Source: Flectonema sp. DT1601
Taxonomy: Eukaryota
DNA: 64,000 nucleotides
NCBI GenBank assembly: GCA_964019425.1
Contig: OZ025794.1
Span: 558,001 to 622,000 of the forward strand
Reading direction: 5' to 3'
The notes beneath the pieces were generated by a model. The model was not told the origin of the DNA and did not search any database. It worked only from the letters and a program-made list of their open reading frames with translations. Below are positions 34,103 through 44,388 of the stretch, one piece after another; the stretch's first letter is position 1, and every line of letters begins with the position of its first letter. A program made the translations under genes and the position numbers.

Positions 34103-36919
34103 ATGTCAGTCAGGGCTGGCCTTCCTGGTTTAGAAGGCCACACTATAGTAAGAGTTGGTGAAGCACTAGTTGCATATGGAGGACGTACTGGAGATAGAAG
34201 CATAAACTCAAATGTATTCACACTAATTAATGGAACATGGAAAGAGCTTAGGTGTGGAGGATACACCCCAATTGGAAGAACATACCACACTGCTAACACT
34301 TACGGAGGTAGAATGTTAGTATTTGGTGGGATGACTGCTGTTGGATTTGTTGATGTTCATTTTAATACGTACAATGTTTTCGTATCGTCGACATTGCTGG
34401 AAGGTCCTGACAGAGCTCAATTTGGAGAAAGTCGCCTTCGAAAGGATCTCCCGCAAGTTACACAAAGTCCAAATGAACCATATTGTTTCCATACTCTTGA
34501 TTTAATTAATTCACCATCGTGGGAAACACCAAAAACAACTGGAGATTTACCTTTTCCACGAAGCAGTCATTCATCAGAAATCCACAACGGATGCTTACTT
34601 GTGTATGGAGGTTATTCTGTTCATACAAATGGTAGGCTGACTGATGATAATCAAAAGTCTTTATACAATGTTTATTCTTTGAATATTGATTCCCTAATAT
34701 GGTCTAGAATCGAATGCGTTGAAACCATCCCACCACTATTATGGGGACACGCGTCAGTAATGATTGATGATATCCTTATAACAATTGGTGGAGTAGACGC
34801 TATTAATAATAAAGAAGAACGATACATCTGTGGATGGAATCAAGTTGAATGTCAGTGGAGATGGATGCTTCACAATGATGAGCGTGCTATTGGAGATAGA
34901 GCCCTTCACTCTGTCGTCAACTACAACGGCCGAGCTGTAGTATTTGGGGGTAGTAGTGACTACAGCTGCACATTGTATAATTTAGTAAATGTTTTTGATT
35001 TGGAAAAAGGGAATTGGGTTCGTCCTCTATGCACTGGTGAAGCTCCAACTCCACGACGAGGTCACACAGCGATAGTAGTCGGTGATGAAATGATTGTAAC
35101 TGGTGGAATAGACGAAGAGGGATTTAGAAGTAATAGATCTCATTCATTAAATCTAATAACATGGCATTGGTCTACTCTGACAACGACATTCTCTGACATA
35201 CCTGCAGCTTGTGTAGAGGACGAATCAAAAGTACGTCAAAAACTGAAGGCAATTCACGCAAAACGTCGTCGTGAAAAGCAACGCCTTCAGGAATTATATC
35301 CAACTGTTACTCGGGATATAGTGGTTCGGATTGATCCACCGGAAACTTTAAATGATTATGATTGGGAGCAGAATTTAAAATTAAAAAATGAAACAGAACC
35401 TCCAGATGACCCAACACAGCCAACGGACCCTACTACAGAACCAGAAAACACAAAACCATCACTGCAAAGAGAACCGAGGAAGTGTTTAATTACGGAGGTG
35501 AATTCCGAATTACTTCCGTTGGAAAGCAACATGAATATAAAGATGATTGAAGGCTCAGCAGTACAGAACAACGAAGACGGATATAAACTACTACAACAAC
35601 ACGGCAGCAATGTTTACTCTGATAAGGGAATAACAATTACAATCGAACAAGACGAAGCTGAAGCACCACCATCACCTCCATCAAGTGAGGAGGAAGATGA
35701 AATTGAAGACGCTCCTCACACGCAATCAGTTCTAGTAAAGCCATTACCTGTTAGTAATCCTTTGTTGTATTCACAAACACCATCAATACCACAATTGTCT
35801 AAGTTGGCTGCTAATACTGCAACAGCTCATAACACTGATCAGATTATGTCACCATTTAAAGATGGAGGTAATCACATTCAGAAGTATGGATATAATGTGT
35901 TTACAGCAAGTCAAGTAAAGTCTGGAATGGTTAACGTACCTGACAGACAACCATTACAAGTTGGGTCTTCTCTTGGGAGGTATGGTTTTGTTGATATGGC
36001 TGCTCCAGTACCACACATTGAATTTCCAAGAGAAGAGATTCCATTGGCTAGTGATGTTATACATGTTACAGCACCAATTGATCATCAAAGAGCTGTCAGT
36101 CCAGTTAGAAGAACTCCTGGTGCTGCATCTCCTGAGTCAGCATATTGGAAACGTCAACAGAACTGGGTGACTGAAAAAAAGCGAACGACAATTGACGGAA
36201 CATCTCTACCTCCTCCATCAGCACCTGTCACAGATGCTGCCAGAGCCTGGAATATATTCCCAACAAATGAGAACGTGAAGTCCACGACTAATGCGAATCG
36301 AACTCGATATTTATCTCCTTCAGTTGTTAGATTAGGTCTTGTTAATCAACTTTCTATGAATCAACCAAAAGCACTTCAAGGACCATTTAATGGATCTAGA
36401 GCTGCAGCACATCCATACGGAAGATCACTTGCTAGGGATCCGTTCAGTTTATCTGATCCTTCTGAAGGAGATTATCAAATTGAAGGACCAAAGAACTTTG
36501 TAACCACCACCAACACTGCAATCCCTGCTGGGTTAGGACCAATTTCAGCTGCTGCATTCCTAACAGGGATGCAGAGTGGGCAGTCAGGTGGTTATGGAAG
36601 TAATGATTTCGTAAGCTCAGCTGATACTCCAGAAGTTATTTTAAGTAGAATGCCGGCAGATGTTCGAAACGCTGCAGCTCTCGCTTACAAAGACGAATGG
36701 AGGAACTGGACTTGGGAGGAACGTCTTAAAGCAGTTCAGCGATACATAGAAGTACAAGTTCGTCAGAACCCAATTCCTCCAACTGGATATGTTAATAATG
36801 ATGATAACTTACCTGTTCTCCCACCTGCAAGAGAAGGTGCAGAAGGTTGGATCAATGAACCTCGTCATGCTGCTCCTGTTGTGACAGAATTACCTCCTCG
36901 GCACAACACTGCTTATTGA
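34103..36919 (+). CDS. Kelch-repeat protein with long low-complexity C-terminus (938 aa)
   Basis: Six kelch-like repeats (GHT..AYGG, RTYHTA..VFGG, RSSHSS..VYGG, WGHAS..TIGG, RALHS..VFGG, RRGHTA..VTGG). Confidence 0.9.
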   Translation: MSVRAGLPGLEGHTIVRVGEALVAYGGRTGDRSINSNVFTLINGTWKELRCGGYTPIGRTYHTANTYGGRMLVFGGMTAVGFVDVHFNTYNVFVSSTLLEGPDRAQFGESRLRKDLPQVTQSPNEPYCFHTLDLINSPSWETPKTTGDLPFPRSSHSSEIHNGCLLVYGGYSVHTNGRLTDDNQKSLYNVYSLNIDSLIWSRIECVETIPPLLWGHASVMIDDILITIGGVDAINNKEERYICGWNQVECQWRWMLHNDERAIGDRALHSVVNYNGRAVVFGGSSDYSCTLYNLVNVFDLEKGNWVRPLCTGEAPTPRRGHTAIVVGDEMIVTGGIDEEGFRSNRSHSLNLITWHWSTLTTTFSDIPAACVEDESKVRQKLKAIHAKRRREKQRLQELYPTVTRDIVVRIDPPETLNDYDWEQNLKLKNETEPPDDPTQPTDPTTEPENTKPSLQREPRKCLITEVNSELLPLESNMNIKMIEGSAVQNNEDGYKLLQQHGSNVYSDKGITITIEQDEAEAPPSPPSSEEEDEIEDAPHTQSVLVKPLPVSNPLLYSQTPSIPQLSKLAANTATAHNTDQIMSPFKDGGNHIQKYGYNVFTASQVKSGMVNVPDRQPLQVGSSLGRYGFVDMAAPVPHIEFPREEIPLASDVIHVTAPIDHQRAVSPVRRTPGAASPESAYWKRQQNWVTEKKRTTIDGTSLPPPSAPVTDAARAWNIFPTNENVKSTTNANRTRYLSPSVVRLGLVNQLSMNQPKALQGPFNGSRAAAHPYGRSLARDPFSLSDPSEGDYQIEGPKNFVTTTNTAIPAGLGPISAAAFLTGMQSGQSGGYGSNDFVSSADTPEVILSRMPADVRNAAALAYKDEWRNWTWEERLKAVQRYIEVQVRQNPIPPTGYVNNDDNLPVLPPAREGAEGWINEPRHAAPVVTELPPRHNTAY

Positions 36920-37111
36920 AAGGATGGGGAAAAAGGAAAAAAAAAATAGTATTATTGCGATCTGTAACTCCCGTTTCTCTTTACCCAAACCCCTTTGCGT
37001 TGTAATAGAATTATTTTGCTCTAGATTTCTTAAAAAACAAGAAATAAAAAAAAAATAAAATTAAAAAAAAAACTTGCAATTTCCTCATTCAGATTACTAT
37101 TTTCATATAAT

Positions 37112-38907
37112 ATGCCGTTGCCAGCTGTGAGATCTGCTGGTTCGTTCCCAACCCGAACGGAGTCAACACCTAATCTTCGACCAGTTGTTGTTCACAGCTC
37201 CTTGGAATCAAAACTTCAGGGAGTAACCGTATATGGTTGTACTGTGATTGAGAAGGTCAGCACTAAATGGAGGAAACAAAGAAGACTTCTGATCGCAACA
37301 AACGGTCTGCTACTCGTCTGCGGCATCGATGGAAAGGTCAGCAGAGTATTAGATTTGAGTGAGATAATTGAAATATTAACCCAAAGAGAAAATTCAGACT
37401 CAACCTACCTTCTGGTAAAGCTTGGCACTACACCCTCTAATGAACCAGATTTATTATGTTGTGTAGTTCCGAATAAAAGAAATACTCATAACTGCAGTGA
37501 ATTCCTTTCAGTGTTAACTTCATTAGTTCAACACAACAATTCATCTCTTCAAGGTATGAAATCAATACCTGAAATGTCAGGTTGTTCAACTATCAAAGGA
37601 TTAGCAAGGTTAGGTCATAATCCAATTAGCGCAAAGGAAAAGATTCGAATGTGTGGCAACAACAGAGCGAAGAATCAATCAAAGTGTCTATCTAATCTTG
37701 TTGAGTTAGACTCACGACCTACTAGTAGTACAGTAACACCTGTCATGTTACCAATAGCTGCTACTCCTGTTGATAATCCAATAGATGAAGTCGACAGGGA
37801 GCAGCCTTCTCTGTTAGGAGGATTTAACTTATACAATGAAAGCAGTAGTGTTGTTGAAAACTCAAACTTATCATCTCAGAACCCAATTGTGTTTGCTGAT
37901 CTAAGTGATAATGATGTCGTGGCTCACAGTAGACTACGTGCCAACTCAACAGTAATTCCAAACTGTGACATAGCAATGGCTGGAAGTGCTGCTGCTGCTC
38001 TTCCACCAAAGAGACAGAGAGCGGTTTCATTTTCAAATACAACAGTTGAGATAGAAAACACAAGTCCAGCAACAACTGATGGAGGTGATGACTTGACTGC
38101 TACAATGACTGCTATGCAACCTTTTCAACATTCTGGATTCGCTTCTTCAATGCCTCCAATTAAATCACTTCCTGAAGATGATGAAGGAGGTTGTGGATGG
38201 ACAGAACATAAGGATCCAGTTTCGAAACTTATCTACTACCACAATGATAAACTTCAAAAATCAACTTGGCACGAACCTGAAGAACTAAAAGGATGGAAGA
38301 AGAGAAATGGATTCCCACCAAGTGACGAGACTGATGACGAAGAAGAAGACAGAAAAAATGACATATACGAAAAAACATTAGCACTGTCGAAAAAGAGTAC
38401 TACTTTAAGAGGTATGAGTAAAGGAGCTCCACTACTAATGGATGAATCAGAGATTCAAAGTGATAATGAAGATAGTTCAAGTGATGACAGTGACAGCTCT
38501 TCGAGTAGTGGAGACACTTCAAGTGATGATGACAGACAGGACAGTAATTTTCTAAGCTCCTCTCGGATGTCAATCATCCCAACTTCAAAGTCAAAGAAAC
38601 TCGACATCGCTTCTCTTCTCGATGGTCCTCCAGTGAAGGTTCTTAAATCTCGCATTCCAATAGAAGTAGTTCAACCTTCTTTTGATGAGCAACCATTCGA
38701 ATCTCCTTCTGCATCCGTCGGCGTCGGAGGCATTGCTCACAATCGAATGCAGAAAATACCAAATGTTCAATTAAACCCTGTTCACATTGATATGAGTCAC
38801 CAGGTGTGTATTTCTTCTGTTTTTTTCTCTCTTATAAATTAACTTGAATATGAAATCCAATAAAACAGCGGAGATTCAACCCTGAATTATTTGAGCGTGA
38901 CTTGTAA
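37112..38907 (+). CDS. WW-domain protein with N-terminal PH-like region, 2 exons (~576 aa)
   Basis: Exons 37112..38803 and 38869..38907 (intron gtgtgt...aaaacag). WW domain GWTEHKDPVSKLIYYHNDKLQKSTWHEP. N-terminal KVSTKWRKQRRLLI resembles a PH/TH1-like fold. Confidence 0.8.
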
Positions 38908-39919
38908 GAAATCGATATTATTGCGGGCATTTCTTTTTTTTTTTTTTCAGGTCTTAAAAAAGATCCTCCTCCCCTAATTATTGTTAAGTGCCAAAGTAGC
39001 ACATTTTCCCCCTTTTATTTTCTATTTTTTCCCACTCATAACTCCCTACCATTTTAGTCAACTGTATCATAAATTACTAAGTGTTTTGGAGTAGTTAACC
39101 TTTGATACCCCTTGTTAGAATTATTATATTAAAAAATGTTGGTAACCCCCCGCAATTGGATTTGCAAGTTTTGCCCTATTGTTGGTTATATTACTTTTGT
39201 TACTTTTGTCGTAACTTTTCAAACTTCTGTTTTTTTTATATTTAGAAATCAAGTCTTAGAATCTGATCACAGGATTAGAATATTGTAACTCGTTATTCAT
39301 TTTAGATGTTTTTCCCCTTTTCATTAAATCCCCTATAGTATGTACTTGTCAAGATGTTTTTTCTTATTTTTTATTTTTTATTTTTTGTTTCCTTTTCCCC
39401 TCCTTTCTGTAGTATTGAATTCGTCTCTCTTTTCAATTTTTTTCCCCTCTGCAGTGTGCACAGGTGTAAGAATTTGGATACGCTATTTCAAAAGTGACAA
39501 AAAACTCATTTTCATGTGAGACCATGAAAAAAAAAGAGGAAAAAAAAAAGAAGACAACTCCTTACCCTCATTCTCAAAGAAACATTACCTAATCTAACAG
39601 TCTAATTAATATTTTCTTTTTTTTTTTTTTGGTTTTTTACCGTTTCCGAACTTTCGGGAAAAAAAAAAAAAAAAAAAAGAAGAAGAAGAAAAAAAAAGGC
39701 CTAGATATCTGAATATAAATTGTAATTCGAAGTAGTTTGAAAATAAATAGATAATACTGTTTTTTATCTCATATGCGGAGAGAAAAAACTGAGAGATATA
39801 AAAAGTCTATTATTCCTTATTCTTTTATTCGTACAGGAGAAGCCATTAAAAACCCCCTTTTTCTACTAAATGATATTTTGATTACGATAAAGAACAAAGA
39901 GATCCTCTAACTACCTATC

Positions 39920-42790
39920 ATGAATATTAAAACAACAACAGTCATATTAGCTGTCCTACTTAGTCTTATTGAGAGTAAAACAACAACTGCTGTAGTGGGT
40001 ACGAAGAATGCCGGTAAGAGTAGGCTGATCAATAGACTAACAAGAAGTAAACACCAAATTGATATCTCACCGTATATTATTGAACAGAACATCCCGAAAA
40101 AGGGATGGTTGAACTTCTTTAGTGAAGATGCGACGCCGTTGTTTCCAATGCATCAGGTTAATGATAAAGCCTTTAGTCTTCCTTGTGTTACAATCACTGG
40201 CACTGATGGTTGCACTTTTTTTTCAATGCAAAATGAACAACTTACAGCTCCAAAACTGACGAACTTGAAATCCAACGGAGAAGACTCCACACTTTGCCTC
40301 AACACAACATCCAACAGCAATGCTTCTCCTTGTGATCATGCTCCTACTTATGAAGATAAAGTAGCCATCATAAACGGTAAGAAAACAAGAGTCATGTGTA
40401 CTAAGAAGCCCCCACGAAAGTGTTTAACTCCACGTCCTCTTCAGTCTTTTTCAACAAAAGAATCGATCAAATATTGCGACTCTGATGAGAATTGTTATAT
40501 AGATAACCCTGCAATGGATGCTTGTTGTGATAAGAATAGCTGTCCACATTCTATTGAGTCTATGATAACAACGGGTACTGCAAGGGTTGGTGATTCAACA
40601 ATATCAATTGATACTGTGGTAGTGTTGTCAAAGACTAACTGTACTGATAATATTATATCTCATCTTAGTAAGAAACCAGTAGTGAGACTTCTATTCTTAG
40701 ACCAGATGACTGTTGATGGGCAGCCAACATCTGATATTCGAAGTTTCATATCACCAACTCAATCAGGAAGTGGATCAGAGACTGCAACAACCGACCCAAG
40801 AGGGGGATTTAGATTTCCAGGTAGGAAATGGTCATTCCCTTCACTGGGAGAATGGACTAAGAACCCCTTTAGTGTTTCAAGGCAGTTGATTGTTAAACTG
40901 ACTAGCTTCTTAACATTTGCAGCATCAGCAGCAGCAGCTTTATCCCTCGCAGCTATTATACTAAGTGCCGCTGTAGGTGACTCGTCAATGTCAAAGAGGG
41001 TTACCACAGCTTGGAAAGCAGCTAATGTTCGATATGAACAATCACAACATCAAAGAATGCTTCACAAGAAGAGGAGGTCTACTCCAATACGAAAGCAACG
41101 ACCAGACAGATCAGATCGTCAAATTCTAACCAACTTTGACATTGAGAGAACTGTGACGTTTGATGACATCGCATCAGCTGCATTGAACTTGTCTGAAAAG
41201 TTGCAGGAAAAACACCTTCAGCCATCTGAAAGAATCCCTCAACTACCTCAGCTACCTACACAAATTAAATTAGCTCAACGACAACCATCACAGTGTCCTA
41301 CTTGTGGCATTGGTGTGGTTAAATTAGGTTCTGCATGCTCACACAGTGACACTCCTCAACCAAAAACTCCTGAAAAATTGGAACACAAAGCTCCGGTAGA
41401 AGGACAAGCAAATGCGCTTCACGCGGTCACAGCTTGTGTTGCTGTTGCCTTTGGAGCTTATCGACAATCAAAATACCAGAGAGTAAAGTCTTTTATTGAA
41501 GATAGGGTTCAAAAAATAATACACTTTGTGACAAATCCTCTCCGTGAATTAGGTTTGATAAGACCACCACAGGACAAGTCAACTGCGTTTCAAAGACTGA
41601 AAGGAGCAGCTGCAAGACTTCGAGATCGCTGGAAAGAATATATGCATTCGGTATTTGAGACGGTTACAGATTCTATGGGAAGGCTCGTACCTGATCGAAT
41701 TAAATACTTTCTCGAACCTTATTATGAAATCATATCCGATAATTATAAAATTGCCAAAAGATTCACCCGTCGTAGAGTAATCCGCATGTACAGATCATTA
41801 TCTGTAGCGTTAAAACGGTTGTGGGTTGTTTCTGTCTATGTTGCTGGTGGGCTTGTTGAGAGATTTGGTTCCTTTTTATACTTTCTTGTTAGACCTCCAG
41901 ATCCGTCAGATAATCAATTAGCTTTTGAAACTGTAAAGTACCAGAGAATAAATAAAACTCGTCACAGAAGAGACAGTACAGACAGTGATGTTAGTAGTAT
42001 TGTAGATTTAACGATGTGGGACTACGCTGATCCGTTGCGAAGAAAGTTAAAAAGATCCCATCACAAGATGGGATGTACTTCAAGACTTCTTCAAGAAGTA
42101 GAGAGAAACCTTCAAGAAGTAGATGACCTCCAAGACTCCTGGTTATATGATAAAAGCACTAGAGAAATGAAAGAACACGTAATAGGAATGTTTCAGGGTT
42201 TCAGAAGAACAGCTGCTCCCGGAATATCAAAAGAACCAAAGCAGCCTTGTGTCTCAACACAAACACCATCACGTTTTATGCCTCGACCAGAAGCACCACA
42301 GCGATATGTAAAAGTGTCGTCACCAGTTGTTAAAAAGAAAATCAAACCATATAGAGATGCTGGAGGTGTACTAGGATCTGTACGAAGAGTAAGTCAGTTT
42401 ATGGGATACTTGGTATGGCCGTGGGGGTTTGAAAATTCTGATAATGATAAAGAAGAACTTGATCTTCAAAGTGACACAGACAGTGATGAGCCATTTCTCG
42501 ATCCTTCAGCTACTCCGAGTGAGCAGTCAATAGATCCTTTAGTATACACAACACGTGATCCTCATGGCTCTATTTATGACTTGAATCCACCTGTTGAATT
42601 ACCTCCTGCAGCAAAGAGAATGGCTCGTCGGCGAAAACCAAATCCACATGCGTGGGCTGCTACTAACTGCGATGCTACTAGTGAGTTAGAGAGCATAATG
42701 GACCCTGATCTTGATGGTGAAGATTATGACAAATTCGTAATTCCTGATACTGACTACAATGCAAGCTTTCCTGATATGAGGCTGGGTTAG
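39920..42790 (+). CDS. Signal-peptide membrane protein with N-terminal P-loop GTPase-like motif (956 aa)
   Basis: MNIKTTTVILAVLLSLIES signal-like segment, VVGTKNAGKSRLINRL (G1-like), a Cys-rich region, and hydrophobic segments (FLTFAASAAAALSLAAIILSAAV and others). Confidence 0.75.
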   Translation: MNIKTTTVILAVLLSLIESKTTTAVVGTKNAGKSRLINRLTRSKHQIDISPYIIEQNIPKKGWLNFFSEDATPLFPMHQVNDKAFSLPCVTITGTDGCTFFSMQNEQLTAPKLTNLKSNGEDSTLCLNTTSNSNASPCDHAPTYEDKVAIINGKKTRVMCTKKPPRKCLTPRPLQSFSTKESIKYCDSDENCYIDNPAMDACCDKNSCPHSIESMITTGTARVGDSTISIDTVVVLSKTNCTDNIISHLSKKPVVRLLFLDQMTVDGQPTSDIRSFISPTQSGSGSETATTDPRGGFRFPGRKWSFPSLGEWTKNPFSVSRQLIVKLTSFLTFAASAAAALSLAAIILSAAVGDSSMSKRVTTAWKAANVRYEQSQHQRMLHKKRRSTPIRKQRPDRSDRQILTNFDIERTVTFDDIASAALNLSEKLQEKHLQPSERIPQLPQLPTQIKLAQRQPSQCPTCGIGVVKLGSACSHSDTPQPKTPEKLEHKAPVEGQANALHAVTACVAVAFGAYRQSKYQRVKSFIEDRVQKIIHFVTNPLRELGLIRPPQDKSTAFQRLKGAAARLRDRWKEYMHSVFETVTDSMGRLVPDRIKYFLEPYYEIISDNYKIAKRFTRRRVIRMYRSLSVALKRLWVVSVYVAGGLVERFGSFLYFLVRPPDPSDNQLAFETVKYQRINKTRHRRDSTDSDVSSIVDLTMWDYADPLRRKLKRSHHKMGCTSRLLQEVERNLQEVDDLQDSWLYDKSTREMKEHVIGMFQGFRRTAAPGISKEPKQPCVSTQTPSRFMPRPEAPQRYVKVSSPVVKKKIKPYRDAGGVLGSVRRVSQFMGYLVWPWGFENSDNDKEELDLQSDTDSDEPFLDPSATPSEQSIDPLVYTTRDPHGSIYDLNPPVELPPAAKRMARRRKPNPHAWAATNCDATSELESIMDPDLDGEDYDKFVIPDTDYNASFPDMRLG

Positions 42791-43142
42791 TTTATTTGTT
42801 TTTTAAAAAAAATAGATTTATTTTATTGTTTTTGTTTTTGTTTTTTGTCCCTTTCTTTTTTTTTATTGTTATTTTTTATAATTGTGTTTAAAAAAAAAAA
42901 AAAAAAGATTTAATTCTGTATGAAAAAATATTGTGTCAAGGCCTCTGATGACCTACAACTTAGCTAGAATATGTTTATTTATTTTTTTTTTTTGTTTGAT
43001 TTAAATATTTTAATTTCTTTCGTTCACCTCCCTTTTAGGTAATAATATGTGACAATTAATATTTTCCTTTGGAAATTAATTTATTTTATATATATTTGCT
43101 CAGCCTTGCTCATACCAAAAAAAAACCAATACACAAATAAAA

Positions 43143-43457
43143 ATGAACACTTCGCTGTTTATTCTTGTGATCGTAGTTTTCCTTGCTCTCACCACTTCAG
43201 CAAATGCTGAGTTTATGCCAATGGCTTCAGGTGCGCAGTTGAAACTTCCTTCCAACTGCTGCTGTGTTTGCATGAAGGGCGGCTATTATGCATGGATTTC
43301 TAACAGATTAGAAGTGGTACGTATTTTGTGTTTTTTATTTTGATAAAAAAAAAAGTTTTAATTTTTAAACAACGTAAACGTATTTAAATAATAACAGTAC
43401 ACCAAAGCGTTCCTCAGTCTCAGTTCGTCTGCTAAGTATTGGGTGGAGGCTGCATAG
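43143..43457 (+). CDS. Small secreted Cys-rich peptide, 2 exons (~77 aa)
   Basis: Exons 43143..43316 and 43398..43457 (intron gtacgt...aataacag, 81 nt). Signal peptide MNTSLFILVIVVFLALTTSANA and an NCCCVC motif. Confidence 0.65.
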
Positions 43458-43483
43458 AGTGATTGATGTTTTCATTTTCTAAA

Positions 43484-44000
43484 CTTGTTTCAAATTCTAA
43501 ACGAATGTAATTGTTTTTTTTTCTCTCTTCTTTTCGAATTCTTATAATAGATATTGGGTTTTTTTTTTTTTTTTTTTTTTTTTTGTATTTTTTTTTTAAA
43601 AGCATTCAAAAAAATAGTTCTATTTGTTTCGAAAGTAGTAGATCTACCTGTTTGTGTATTCGGATACGAGTCTCGTGACAATCTTGTAATATACTCTCGT
43701 GGTTGCATTTCGAGTATTTTTTCTTTTTTTTTTTCTTCAAACGCTTGTTTCAAATTCTAAAAAAAATTGTTATTCATTTTTCTTTTTCTTTTTTTCCTTC
43801 CCCCTTTGATCTATAGAAAGTACGAATAGTTTTTTTTCCCGAGCTGCTCCTGAGGAAATGTCTTTTCTTTATTCTCTTTTATTTTTAAACTTCAAAAAAT
43901 AATTCTTATAAAATCGAAGGTAGATCCGCCAATTTGGATTGAGATATGAGCATCGTGCGAATCTCATAATATATACCAACCTCGTAGGTGCATTCCGAGT
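43484..44000 (+). repeat. Degenerate tandem duplication, unit ~260-285 bp
   Basis: cttgtttcaaattctaaa at 43484 and 43744. Cores 43629..43715 and 43914..44000 align (tcgaa..gtagatc..gata.gag..tcgtg..aatct..taatata..ctcgt.g.tgcatt.cgagt). Confidence 0.7.
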
Positions 44001-44388
44001 CTACTATTTTTTTTAATTTTTTTTTTTTTTTTTTTTGGAATTTTCTTTCGCATAAAGATTTACCAACAAAAATTATTGTTTACTGCAACTGGTAATTGGC
44101 GTATCCTTAAAACCTCTGTTTCAGGGATATGTTTATAAAACAAGCGTGGTTGTATAATGAGGAGTGGACATGGTTCCTTTTCATAAATACAATTCAGATT
44201 ATTATTATTTTTCTTTTACTCCTTTCATTCACACCACGGGTTCCCCAATTAAGCACAGTTCCCTAATTTTGCACACTTATCGAAATGGTATTTTGTTTTT
44301 GTGTACCAGCCTTATCAATACTTTGCTCAGAATCAGAATGTGTAGTAAAAAATAAAAAAAAAAACACACGTTTTTGAAAACTGTTACA

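Noticed and set aside
43484..43761. 18-bp direct repeat as a target-site duplication
   Set aside because: Similarity continues well beyond the 18-mer, so a tandem duplication explains it better.
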